From NCBI RefSeq assembly GCF_044704955.1, contig NC_091991.1, positions 175,708,001 to 175,772,000 of the forward strand: 64,000 nucleotides of DNA. The letters run 5' to 3'. Shown here piece by piece: positions 51,043-64,000 of this stretch. This DNA comes from Pristiophorus japonicus (taxonomy: Eukaryota). How positions within the stretch are numbered: position 1 is the first letter of the stretch; every line of letters begins with the position of its first letter. Under the pieces are notes generated by a model. It worked only from the letters and a program-made list of their open reading frames with translations. It was not told the origin of the DNA and ran no database searches. The translations under genes and the position numbers were made by a program.

Positions 51043-51532
51043 CTATATGGGAAAGAGGATATAAAACACAATGAAATAGTTACAGTGGAATCCCCTTTCT
51101 AGTGATGACCCAGTGTACTTGACCAAAACCCATTTGCATTAACTCAATGCATTTCCCTTAGTTGTCCTGCAATCCCCACCTTCAGGTGTGGTTTCCAACC
51201 CATTGCTCAGTACACTTGTGTGGCGTTCACTGGCAATTTAAACAGCGGAGCACCAAGCTGTGCAAAGATGGCCCCAGTAAGCTGGTCCTTCTCCTCTGAT
51301 GTGTTGGTTCAGCCATTTCAGTAGAATGGTGGTGGTTTTATTTAAAAAAATAAATGCATTTTTGTTTTGATCTTTGGCTTTCACATTGTTCTGTGCACAG
51401 CACCTCGAGAAGTCCCGTGAATAACCATTTCAGATCCGTGCCGTTTGGGTAATGGTTGCAATATAAACCTAGGTCTGTGACGTTTGTGCACAATGTGTCG
51501 GTGTATGCACGTCAAAAGACAGAAACAACTCA

Positions 51533-51772
<240 letters not shown>

Positions 51773-51784
51773 TCAGGGCAGTAA

Positions 51785-52330
51785 CACAAGAACATAAGAA
51801 TTAGGAGCAGGAGTAGGCCATTCGGCCCCTCGAGCCTGCTCCGCCATTCAGTAAGATCATGGCTGATCTTTGACCTCAACTCCACTTTCCCGCCCGATCC
51901 CCATATCCCTTGATTCCCTTAATATCCAAAAATCTATCGATCTCTGTATTGAATATACTCTCAAGAGTGAGCCTCCACCAGCCCTCTGGGGTAGAGAATT
52001 CCAAAGATTCACCACCCTTTGAGTGAAGAAATTTCTTCTCATCTCAGTCCTAAATGGCCAACCCCTTATTCTGAGACTGTGACCCCTGGTTCTAGGCTCC
52101 TCAGCCAGGGGAAACATCCTCCCTACATCTACCCTGTCAAGCCCTGTAAGAATGTTGTATGTTTCAATGAGATCCCCTCTCATTCTTCTAAACCCTAGAG
52201 AATATAGGCCTAGTCTACTCAAACTCTCCTCATAGGACAATCCCCCCCATCCCAGGAATCAGTCTGGTAAACCTTTGTTGCACTCCCTCTATGGCAAGTG
52301 TATCCTTCCTTAGGTAAGGAGAGCAAAACT
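51785..52330 (-). mobile_element. CR1 LINE 3' fragment
   Basis: ORF 51857-52240 SYEESLSRLGLYSLGFRRMRGDLIE; aagaacataagaa tail. Confidence 0.88.
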
Positions 52331-52909
52331 CTCATCAGTAGGTGTACGAGAGCGCAGTGGGTTTACGCACTCCCGACGCTCTCCCCAGTAGCCTCCATTC
52401 AGCAATATCGATCAGCCATCAGCAGAAGGGAATGTAATACTAAAAAATAAAATCAAGCTCCCATGTCAGCATTCAGCACAACTACCTGTTATTTAACGTC
52501 CTTACGCATCCCCGAATTCAATCGCTCCACCATCAGTGGCCGTGCCTTCAGCTGCCTGGGCCCCAAGCCTCTCCCTCCCTAAACCTCTCCGCCTCTCTCA
52601 CTCTCTCTCCTTTAAAACGCTCCTTAAAATCTACCTCTTTGACCAAGCTTTTGGTCACCTGTCTTAACATCTCATGTGGCTCGGTGTCAAATTTTGATTG
52701 ATAATTGCTCCTGTGAAGCACCTTGGGACGTTTCACTGTGTTAAAGGCGCTATATAAATGCAAGTTCTTGCTTGCTTCTCCTTTAAGATGCTCCTTAATA
52801 GCTACTTCTTTGACCAACCTGTCCTCATGTAGCTTGTTGTCAAATTTTGACTGTCCTGCGAAGCGCCCTGGGACGTTTTATTACGTTAAAGGTGCTATAT
52901 AAATGCACT

Positions 52910-53160
52910 AGGTGCGTGCAGCAGAGCAGGTCTCCAGTCGTCCTGGTTAACCCTTGCCACTGGATAAAGGCCGAGCTCCGTCAAGCCCGTGTGGTGGCTG
53001 ATATGCAACGGTCACCACATGTTAAAAAAAATCCACGCACAGGCATCTTCCACCCACTCAACTGGAGTTCAGGACTGGAACATCAGGTCCTTTATCGAAA
53101 CATCTGGGAACTCATGTGGAAGCAAGTCATCCTCGTTCGAGGGACTGCCTATGATGATGA
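52910..53160 (+). mobile_element. Non-autonomous element carrying the RTE 3' tail
   Basis: Ends gtggaagcaagtcatcctcgttcgagggactgcctatgatgatg like the RTE copies, but has a different non-coding body. Confidence 0.55.
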
Positions 53161-54576
53161 ATAAACACTCTGGAGCTCGATCGTTAGCAGGGACATCTCA
53201 ATAGTCGGAGCTGGGTTTGAACGCAGATGAAATAAGGACAGTGCGCTCACCCATACCCAACGCTCCCCCCGTGAGCTGCACTTTGTTCTGGGCGCCCTAT
53301 TTCTTTTAGTGCGCGGTCCCTTTAAATTTCTGTGCACGCGCGGTGTTTACAGCGAGCGCCCCACATGGGTCCTTGCAGATGGCTGCGCTTCCCCGCGTGT
53401 GCGGGAACATTGCCCACACCCCCTAGCAAACCTCGAATAGCTGGCTCACTTCTACAACAATGGTCACATCTCAAACACAAGAAATTAAACTGCAATCTTA
53501 AGTAAGTAATGTTCCCGGTAAGGCTTCCGGGACTGCGGCTGGCAATTATGTACCCAAAGTAAAAAGTCACGTAACATTTCTCAATTTCATTCAGAATGCT
53601 TCAAATAAAGAAAAGTTGGGCGCCTTCCAAAACCTCAAAGTAGTGAAAGGGATTAACTACACTGAGCATTCAAACCAGGGTATCTCGAGGGACATTTGCA
53701 CTCGGCAGGTATAAGCTCATCCCTCCCCAAGCCTGCATCCATGTATATTTTCTCCATCTTCCTGTGCAAAGCACCTGTGGCACTAACAGGTAAAGCTCAA
53801 CTTGATGAAGTTCCCACAACCACCATCCAGATTGCAATCAAGTTGAGGGTTAGCAATGTAGAGTTGGCCAAAGACATCCTGCGTTGCTTGATCAATCTCC
53901 ATTTCTAGAGTGGAAGGCAACTAGGAGTATTCGAACATTTCAGACAATTCTTTATATTACTCTTAGCACATTAATTCCAGGAACTCTTACAGCTTCTGGA
54001 GCCCTGATCATTAGGATTGAGTTCTGGTATTCTGCAGTGTCAGTCAGAGGGGTTGTGAATTCCTACAGGGCGAGACAAGGCGGTACACTTGCTTCGAGAA
54101 GACAATCTGACAGATTCACACTTGCTATCGCTGGTCACAGAATGGTTCTACATTGCCATGGAAAGTCCCAAGTCATCTCATCTTTTTGCTGTTGATGCCA
54201 GTTCGTTGGATATATTCAAGAGGGAGTTAGATGTGGCCCTTATGGCTAAAGGGATCAGAGGGTATGGAGAGAAGGCGGGAGTAGGGTACTGAGGTGAATG
54301 ATCAGCCATGATCATATTGAATGGCGGTGCAGGCTCGAAGGGTCGAATGGCCTACTCTTGCACCTCTTTTCTATGTTTCTATCTCATTCTTGGAGGGAAG
54401 GGAGGGAGGGAGATAAGGAAAGGGAGGATAATATGCTTTGATTTTTTAATTGTGCAGAAGCTGTAATATTTCTCTGCATCACTCAATACAATAATCACTG
54501 GCTGTCACAGCATGTGCATTTGGTCCGAGCAGCCAGCCAGCATTGTCCACACACCCAAAAACTGTAAAATCTGTAC

Positions 54577-55168
54577 AGGGCTGGATTTTCGAGTCCTCTG
54601 CGCTCCATTTTTCGCCCTGGAGCGACGGCAATGAGGTGTTCTGTCCGGCCGCTCAGCCTCCAGCGCCCCGCAGCGATCCTCGAGTCCGGTTTTACGGCGG
54701 CGCGGAGCAGCGCAGCACCACCCGGAAGAGCAGTGGCTATTGCCCGACCAGTTCGCCGGAAAGCGGGGCTCGCACTGACCGCCTGGGAAATCAGGGCGGT
54801 CCAACCATCCCGGTGGCGAAGAAGTGAGTAATGAACTCCTGAGGAAAGTGTGATTGTTTTTTCTTTTAATTTTTTTTTGCGTTTGTGTTGTGGTGGCGTG
54901 GGCTATATTTTGGGAATGTTTTTGTGGTACCTGTATTAAGTCCCCCACAGGCGTCTCTCGGAGCGCTCTCGGCCCGGCTCTTTAGCTCGGGGGTTTCCCA
55001 CGCTAGCGCCCCGATAGAGGTGTACCGTGTCTCCCTTAGCACTGCACCCCCTGACTCAGGGCCCAGCTGCCCAAACTTGCCCACTAAGGCGCAAACTGTT
55101 CCTGGGCGCTAACTTTCCCGCCCCACCATCATTATTGTCCCAAAAACATCAAAGCTGAAAATCCACCA
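54577..55168. mobile_element. Probable CpG-rich non-autonomous DNA transposon (MITE-like)
   Basis: Starts gggctggattttc and ends gaaaatccacc (short imperfect inverted termini); GC-rich arms around a T-rich core. Confidence 0.45.
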
Positions 55169-57164
55169 AGTTTGCACACAGTATAGAGACCTCATGAGCT
55201 AACTAGCATTACGAGGCAGTAACATATTTTAGGCTAAATACAATAAACCCACTTGAGGTTTGCTCTTTCTATTTATGACTTTATCTCCATCTCGCAACGT
55301 AACACTGCCCCAACTCTATGTTGCTGATTATTTGTTGTGCGGCAGACCGAGAAAAAGCATAATGGATACACACCCATACATAATACAAGGACAAACCCAG
55401 TGTTCGAAACCCAATCGGACAGGTGTCAGAGAGCAGGCTTCCAGCTCACTGAGGTTTCCAATTACGTTTGGTGGTTAATGAAAAATCAAGTAATAACGAC
55501 ACAGCGGACATCACCACTTTTCCCGAGAAGTGTTCCCACAGACAGCCCCACCATCAGATGTGGCGTTGAGCCCCAGCACGCAACTTGGGCAGATAATAGC
55601 GCAGCGGGAAGGGGTACATGGGTGGCACTGGTGTGCAAGAGAACTCATCGCATATCGGCGTAATTTTTAGTTCATCCAAAACTCTGCTGCCCGTGTCAGC
55701 TGACCGATGCTCGTTGACCTATGTTGGCTCCTGGTCCGGCAACGCCTTGAATTTAAAATTCACATCCTCGTGCTCAAATCCATCCACGGCTTCACCCCTC
55801 CCAATCTCTGTAACCCTCCTCCAGACCTACAGCCAATCCTCTTTGTTTGGTGCATGGTCCCTTTAACTTTGCCTGCGCGGGTGCATGAGCGGTATGATCT
55901 CTGACGGCAACAGCGGCCTGCGTGGGCCCTCTCGATCGATACGCGGTCGTGCTCCGAGGGGGAGCATTTCCCATAACCCCCTCCGCCATCTCTGCGCTCC
56001 TCCAACGCTGGCCTCTTGCACATTCCCACTTTCCATCGCCCCACCATTGAAAGACTTGCATTTCTATAGCATTTTTCGTGACCACTGGACATCTCAAAGC
56101 GCTTTACAGCCAAGAAAGTACTTTCTGGAGTGCGATCACTGTTGGAATTCACTCCCTAAACCACTCCGCCTCGTCACATCTCTCTTTCCTCCTTTAAGAC
56201 GCTCCTTAAAACCTAGCTCTTTGACCAAGCTTTTGGACACCTGTCCCAATACCTCCTTATGTGGCTCAGTGTCAAATTTTGTTTGATAATGCTCCTGTGA
56301 AGCGCCTTGGGACATTTTACCACATTAAAGGCGCTATAGAAATGCATGTTGTTGTTAGGCATTCACCAATCCCAACTCAGAGCTTGGGGCGGTGTGGGGG
56401 CAGGGGTTTGAGTAATAAAATCACTCTCCACCTTTTGTGCCACATCACATGGTGAATGATGAACAGTTAGTTGGGTGGGAGGGTAAGTGAACCATCGCTC
56501 CCTTAACAATACTAATACTTCACTGCACAACTTCAAGAAAAATCAAATAGAACATTCAGCTTCCCTCCCTCCCTCCCTCCACTCCCCCTCCCCGCCCCCC
56601 AGTAAACTAACAGATCACTGCTTCAGTAATCTATAATCTGCTCCAGCTGCTACTCAGTCATTTTATTTTAGTCTCCCATTGTCGATAAGCATCTAGGCAA
56701 CTAAGCCCTGACTAAAGTGACCTTATAAAGGAACACTGGTGCAGTAAACAGCAGCGACGTGTGTGATCTCCATGGGAGTGACAAACAGCATCTGTCCTCC
56801 CTCCCAGGATCTCGTTGCACCAAACACGTTATCTGGCTGCTTTTGGATTCATTCATCAAATCAAGAGAAATCTTAATCTAGACTGTGGTTCAAACTCAAC
56901 TGCCCTCCATGGGCATTTTGGGGGGTGCCGAGTCAGACTACACTATATAAAGCGCTTCATAGCGCAAAGAAATGCGGCCTTACAGGAGCCAGGCATTCTG
57001 TTGCTAATCACAATCTCTAGAAACGCAATCTTCCAATACATCTCTACTCTGGGGAGGGATGGAGGGAGGGAGAGAAGGAAGTACATTGCCCCATGGGATA
57101 ATCTTGTTTTCTTTATCATGCAGAGACTGTACTGTTCCCCAGTATCGGTCAGACAGAAGACAGA

Positions 57165-57610
57165 CAGACTTGCATTTAGATAGCGCCTTTCACGACCACC
57201 GGATGTCTCAAAGCACTTTACAGCCAATGAAGTACTTTTTGGAGTGTAGTCACTGTTGTAATGTAGGAAACGCGGCAGCCAATTTGCGCACAAGCAAGCT
57301 CCCACACACAGCAATGTGATAATGACCAGATAACCTGAGGGATAAACATTGACCAGGACACCGGGGATAACTCCCCTGCTCTTCTTCAAAATAGTGCCCT
57401 TGGATCTTTTACGCCCACCCGATGGAGCAGACGGGGCCTCGGTTTAACGTCTCATTTGAAAGACGGTACCTCCAACAGTGCAGCACTCCCTCAGCACTGC
57501 ACTGGGAGTGTCAGCCTAGATTTATGCGCTCAAGTCCCTGGAGTGGGACTTGAACCCACAACCTTCTGATTCAGAGGCGAGAGTGCTGCCCACTGAGCCA
57601 CGGCTGACAC
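57165..57610 (-). mobile_element. Near full-length DeuSINE copy
   Basis: Reverse complement of the same SINE, head to tail. Confidence 0.8.
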
Positions 57611-57867
57611 TGATGCTGTTCCCCAGTATCGGTCAGATAGAATAAATCCGATAACCCATTGGTCGGCAAGTCATTTGGTAAAATGTTGTTGCCTCACAAA
57701 TCACTCTCTTTATTCTGGGAGACTGCAATTCACCGGCTCTAAACAAAGCTATCAATGGTATGAAATCGCTAAACCTGCAGATATAATATGGAGCCCCCCC
57801 CCCTACTCCCCACACGCTGGAGCACGTTACAGGGCAGTAACGCACCTTGGGGTCGAGATGACGCATT

Positions 57868-58312
57868 CAACATAAGAATTAGGAGCAGGAGTAGGCCATT
57901 CAGCCCCTCGAGCCTGCTCCGTCATTCAATAAGATCATGGCTGATCTTCTACCTCAACTTGACATGGCACTTTCCTGCACTGTCCCCGTCTCCCTTGATT
58001 CCTTAATATCCAAAAATCTATCGATCTCTGTCTTGAATATACTCTCAGACTGAGCCTCCACAGCCCTCTGTGGCAGAGAATTCCAGAGATTCACCACCCT
58101 CCGAGTGAAGACGTTTCTCCTCATCGCAGTTCTAAATGGCCGACCCCTTATTCTGAGACTGTGACCCCTGGTTCTAGATTCCCCAGCCCGGGGGGAAACA
58201 TCCTCCCCGCATCTACCCTGTTAAGCCCTGTGAGAATTTTGTATGTTTCAATGAAATCACCTCTCGTTCTTCTAAACTCCAGAGAATATAGGCCGAGTCT
58301 CCTCAATGTCTC
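57868..58312 (-). mobile_element. CR1 LINE 3' fragment
   Basis: Reverse-complement CR1 3'UTR and ORF2 end. Confidence 0.85.
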
Positions 58313-58724
58313 CTCAGTAGGTGTACGAGAGCTCAGTGGGTTTACCTATTCCCGCCACTCTCCCCTACAGCAAGGCAGGAATCTCGCCTGCATTCACTTT
58401 GCTCTTGCAGAGTCTGGCTGTACCTCAGCCTCTCGATCTGCTACCGCAGGCAACAGGCTACACAGTCTGCGCCTTGTCCCACAGGTTGGAAAGCATAACA
58501 GATACATAGTCATACATAATTCACAGGCAAACCTCGCAGAAGAAATCCAATCTCGCGGGTCAGAAAACAAATCCTAGATTATGCAGGTTCCAACTGATTC
58601 AGCGATTAAAATTTATAAAGCATTTGTGCACCCAATTATACCGAACAGTCAGATGACACACACTAGTAGAGATACCCCTCTCTCTGTTTGGAGGAAAGGC
58701 TGGGCTTTTAGTGATACACATTGG

Positions 58725-59655
58725 ACTCGGGTGTACAGGGTGTATTTTCAAAATTTGCAGATGACAGGAAACTTGGAAGTATAGTGAACAGTGAGGAGGC
58801 TAGGGATAGAATACAAGAGGACATAGACAGGCTGGTGGAATGGGCGGACACGTGGCAGATGAAGTTTAACACAGAAAAAAGCAAAGTGATAAATTTCGGT
58901 GTGAAGAATGGGGAGAGGCAATATAAATTAAAGGGTACAATTCTAAAGGGGGTGCATGAAGAGAGAGACCTGGGGGTATATGTGCACAAATCGCTGACGG
59001 TGGCAGGGCAGGTTGAGAAAGCTGTTAAAAAAAGCTTACGGGATCCTGGGCTTCATTATAGAGGTATATTGGACAAAAGCAAGGAAGTTATGATAAACCT
59101 TTATAAAACACTGGTTCGGCCTCAACTGGAGTATTGTGTCCAATCCTGGGCACCGCACTTTAGGAAAGGTGCAGAAAAAATTTACGAGAATGATTCCGGA
59201 GATGAGGGACTTGAGTTACGTGGACAGACTGGAGAAGCTGGGGTTGTTCTCCTTTGAGCAGAAAAGGTTGAGAGGAGATTTGATCGAGGTGTTCAAAATA
59301 ATGAGGGGTCTAGACAGAGTAGATCGAGAGACACTGTTCCCATTGGCAGAAGGGTCAAGAACCAGCGGACACAGATTTAAGGTGATTGGCAGAAGTTACA
59401 AAGACGACCGTGAGAAAAAACTTTTTTTTACGCAGCGAGTGTTTAGGATCTGGAATGCACGGCCTGGAAGGGGTGGTGGAGGCAGACTCAATCGTGGCTT
59501 TCAAAAGGGAATCGGATAAGTACCTGAAGGAAAGCAATTGCAGGGCTACGGGGAAAGGGCGGGGGAGTGGGACTGGCTGAGGTGCTCTTGCAGAGAGCTG
59601 GCACGGGCTCGACGGGCCGAATGGCCTCCTTCTGTGCTGTCACCATTCTACGATT
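58725..59655 (+). mobile_element. Degenerate CR1 LINE ORF2 3' fragment
   Basis: KFADDRKLG, WQMKFN and LVRPQLEYCVQ motifs with frameshifts; CR1 3'UTR. Confidence 0.9.
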
Positions 59656-60194
59656 AGAAATGGTGCTTACTCCTCCATACCCAAGGCCATTTCTAAGCTT
59701 AGAGTGCCATTCTGCCGTTTGTACACTGGTGTGGCCCGAGCTCATGTACAGAGACCCACGCCGTCTGTTTTCCTTCCACGTTAGCGGAACTCTGATCAAC
59801 CTTGGAGGAACAGTAGATGGACTGAATTTTCTTGGGATTCCAGACTTAATCTTCCAACTGCGAGCATGAGAGTTAGCCACCTGGCCTTTCACCCAAGCAT
59901 TCATTCACCTAAATGGCCTTACACTATCGAAGAATCGTCAGTTAGATCATTTGATGACCCAAGCCTCTTGCAAATCTCCGATCTTCATCACTCCGCCATT
60001 GGAGGCCGTGCATCCAGCTGCCTGGGCCCCAAGCTCTGGAACTCCCTGCCTAAACCTCTCCGCCTCTCTCTCCTCCTTTAAGACTCTTTGACCAAGCTTC
60101 TGGTCACCTGTCCTAATATCTCCTTATGTGGCTCAGTGTCAGATTTTGTTTCATAATCGCTCCTGTGAAGCACCTTAGGATATTTTACTATATT

Positions 60195-60562
60195 TAAGAC
60201 ACTATATGGAAGCATATAAAATTCTTAAGGGGCTTGACAGGATAGATGCAGGGAGGATGTTTCCCCTGGCTGGTGAATCTAGAACCAGGAGCCACAGTCT
60301 CAGAATAAGGGGTCGGCCATTTAGGACTGAGATGAGGAGAAAATTCTTCACTCAAAGGGTGGTGAATCTTTGGCATTCTCTACCCCAGAGGGCTGTGGAG
60401 GCTCAGTCATTGAGTATATTCAAGACAGAAGTTGATAAATTTGGGGGAATTAAGGGATATGGGGATAGTGCGGGAAAGTGGAGTTGAGGTTAATGATCAG
60501 CTGAATGGTGGATCAGGCTCGAGGGGCCGAATGGCCGACTCCTGCACCTATTTCTTATGTTC
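60195..60562 (+). mobile_element. CR1 LINE 3' fragment
   Basis: YKILKGLDRIDAGRMFPLAGESRTR...FFTQRVVNLW. Confidence 0.85.
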
Positions 60563-62816
60563 ATATATAAATGCAACCTCTTGTTATTGCAGTGAGTAAC
60601 GTTACTGCAATGAGGCCTCAGGTTTGATTCCTGGCCTGCGCTGAGTTAGCTGATCTCAGGTGGGAGAGCAATTGGGCCGTCACAATTCGCTTCAATGCCC
60701 TTGGACCAGGTGATGGCGATGAGCAGTGGCGAGGACAGAATTAGGAGCACAGGAACTTTAGGAAAGAAAGCTAACAAAAAAATGCACCTTAGCACCCTCT
60801 CCATAGCTTTGCTGCCTGGAGACTAATTTCTCTCCCTTGGAGACCCATAAAAAGACAGATTTGGATTTATATTTATTTCACAACCACCAGACGTCTCAAA
60901 GCACTTTACAGCCAACTAAGTAATTTTGCAGTATGGGCACTGTTGTAATGTTGGAAATACAGCAGCCAATTTGCGCACAGCAAGCTCCCACAAACCGCAA
61001 TGTGATAACGACCAGATAATCTGTTTTTTATTTGTTATGTTGATTGAGGGATTAAATATTGGCCAGGATACCAGGGATAATTCCCCTGCTCTTCTTTGAA
61101 ATAGTGTCCTGGGATCTTTTACATCCACCTGAGAGAGCAGGTCTCATCCGACAGTGCAGCACTCCCTCAGCACTGGAGTGTCAGCCTAGATTTATGTGCT
61201 CAAGTCCCTGGAGTGTGACTCAAACCCACAACCTTCTGACTCAGAGGCGAGCGTGCTGCCCTCTGAGCCACGGCTGACACACAGCAAGTCAGTCAGCAGC
61301 TGTGGAGCAAACCGGTTTGGGTGTAACCTTCCATTGGAACACTGGTGAAGGGTTATGCCTGAAACATCAAGGCGTAGGTCGATCGACCCGCCGTAGGTTT
61401 CCAGCATTTTCGAGGAGGCTTTTTTGTTCCCAATTTACAGCATGTGGGAATTTTTATTTTGCTTTGTATTTGTGGCGTCGATCGCACCTACTGTTCTGGT
61501 ATAGGTTAGCTAATGCAGCTTCAGACCAGTAAAGCTTTTCAAAGGAAGATAGAAAGAAAGAAGTTGCATTTAGACAGCCCTTTTCACGACGTCAGGATGT
61601 CCCAAAACACTTGACAGCCAATGAAGTACTTTAAAAAAAAAAAAAAAATGTGTAGTCAAACTTTTTGATGTTCTAGGAAAGTAATATCCAAGGGACATAC
61701 TTTGCAGGCAAGCCGGATAGAAAGATGTAGAGCGTAATCTGAAATTACTAGCAATTCTGTGATCATTGGAATATAGAATCATTCAACCTTACAGCACCAA
61801 AGGTGGTCACTTGGTCCGCGTGCTCTTCACAAGTGCTATTCAATTAGTCCCGCTCGTTCCCCATAGACCTGCAAATGTTTCCTTGGGAGAAAGAAAAACT
61901 GGCATTTATGGAGTGCCTTCAGGGCGCCCTAAAGAGCTTTACAGCCAATTAAGTACTTCTGAAGTGTAGTTGCCGTCATACTGTAGAGAACCTTAGGCAC
62001 ACAACAATTTATTGATAGAGAGAGCTTGTCCTGGTCAATATTAATCCCTCACAAACAAAATGTAAAAGACAGATTTATCTGGTCATGATCAAATTGCTAC
62101 TTGTGGGAGCTTGCTGTGCGCAAAAGATGGCTGCCCCGCTAACTACATTACAACAGTGACTTGATTGGGCGTGAAGCACTTCGGGACGTCCCGAGATTGT
62201 GAAAGGCGCTATATAAATGCAAGGCTTTCTTTGTTAATAAATAAACCGAAGCTGGAGCTCGGGAGGCTGATCAGAAACACACACCTACGCTCGGGGCACA
62301 CCCAATAAACAAACCTGCTCTTCCAGGTTATCAACCTTGTGACAGAAAGGAATCAACGAAGGAATCGGAGCCTGCGTTCTCAGAGTGTGTTGCACAAAAT
62401 TCACTCTTTGTTTACCGTTGAACGAATGTCAGGAGCAAGGAGGCGAGCTGGCCATGACACAGACTCAGCGTAAAAACCACCTAATCTTCTTAAGGCATTA
62501 GCTTTGCTCTGGAGTGTTGGCCAAGATTGAATCCGGAGGCAATATGGATTTTAAAATTCATTCAAATTTCAGCGAGATATAAATGTAAACTTAGTGGAAA
62601 AGAAAATTTTTTAAAAAAGAGCAGGAAGAATTTCTTCGCTTGGATTCATCCATCAGCAACATATCGGAGAGGCTCAAAATATAGCTGAATGCCAAGATTC
62701 AGGACTAGACAGACGAGCTTCAATGAGCTAAATGACCACTTTTTGGTCCTTCACTTTCCTTGGGTTTCATTTGGTAAGGTGCGGTTCATTCAACCCATAT
62801 TAAATACATTTAGGAG

Positions 62817-63258
62817 TGTCTGGCGTGGCTCTGTTGGTAGTACCCTCACCTCTGAGTCAGAAAGTCGTGGGTTCAACTCCCACTCCAGGGCCTTGAGCAT
62901 AAAAATATCGGCTGATACTTCAGTGCAGTGTCGGAGGTGCCGTCTTTCGGATGAGACGTTAAACCGAGGCCCCCCTCGACTGCTCTCGGTTGGACGTAAA
63001 AGATTCCGCGGCACTATTTTGAAGAACAGGGGAGTTATCCCCGGTGTCCTGGCCAATATCTATCCCTCAATCAACATCACTAAAAACAGATTATCTGGCC
63101 ATTATCACATTGCTGTTTGTGGGAGCTTGCTATGCATAAATTGACTGCTGAGTTTTCTACATTGCAATAGTGACTGCACTCCCAAAAAATTACTTCATTG
63201 GCTGTAAAGAGCTTTGGAACATCCAATGGTCATGAAAGGCACTATATAAATGAAAGTA
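62817..63258 (+). mobile_element. Near full-length DeuSINE copy
   Basis: Same family. Confidence 0.78.
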
Positions 63259-63299
63259 TTTTTTTATTTAAGGGGAAGCAAGATAAATGCCCACTTATA

Positions 63300-64000
63300 C
63301 ATAACATAAGAACATAAGAATTAGGAACAGGAGTAGGCCATCTAGCCCCTCGAGCCTGCTCCGCCATTCAATAAGATCATGGCTGATCTGGTCGTGGACT
63401 CAGCTCCACTTACCCGCCCGCTCCCCGTAACCCTTAATTCCCTTATTGGTTAAAAATCTATCTATCTTTGACTTGAAAACATTCAATGAGCCAGCATCAA
63501 CTGCTTCCTTGGGCAGAGAATTCCACAGATTCACAACCCTCTGGGAGAAGAAATTCTTTCTCAACTCGGTTTTAAATTGGCTCCTCCGTATTTTGAGGCT
63601 GTGCCCCCTAGTTCTAGTCTCTCCCGACCAGTGGAAACAACCTCTCTGCCTCTATCTTGTCTATCCCTTTCATGATTTTAAATGTTTCTATAAGATCACC
63701 CCTCATCCTTCTGAACTCCAACGAGTAAAGACACAGTCTACTCAATCTATCATCATAAGGTAACCCCTTCATCTCCGGAATCAGCTTAGTGAATCGTCTC
63801 TGTACCCCCTCCAAGGCTAGTATATCCTTCCTTAAGTAAGGTGACCAAAACTGCACGCAGTACTCCAGATGCGGTCTTACCAATACCTTATACAGTTGCA
63901 GCAAGACCTCCCTGCTTTTGTACTCCATCCCTCTCGCAATGAAGGCCAACATTCCATTCGCCTTCCTGATTACCTGCTGCACTTGCAAACTAACCTTTTG
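63300..64000 (-). mobile_element. CR1 LINE 3' part, same young subfamily as 39265-40912, runs off the window
   Basis: ORF QVQQVIRKANGMLAFIARGMEYKSREVLLQLY is near-identical to the 39545 ORF; aacataagaacataagaa tail. Confidence 0.93.

Overview
Vertebrate genomic DNA, most likely a cartilaginous fish (shark), judging from its repeats: DeuSINE/SacSINE1-like SINEs and CR1, L2 and RTE LINEs. Three protein-coding genes are supported. (1) A small Maf bZIP gene (MAFK-like, minus strand, coding exons 4608-4643 and 1955-2344, 141 aa). (2) An intact METTL4 (MT-A70 family, DPPW motif) with no coding introns, plus strand, 33532-35247. It looks like a relocated retrogene, carries an in-frame Gly/Glu minisatellite, and takes its C-terminus and stop codon from an antisense CR1 LINE. 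(3) The last six coding exons of a TMEM184A/B-like gene (minus strand, 38880-51624). The rest is mostly TE fragments, three GC-rich minisatellites, a TA-flanked MITE, two perfect hairpins, a polypyrimidine tract with an assembly gap, and several candidate promoters or enhancers (tandem RFX X-boxes, tandem ATF4/CEBP-ETS sites, a CpG-rich E-box/CRE/YY1 promoter). All family and paralog assignments come from recalled sequence resemblance; no database search was run.
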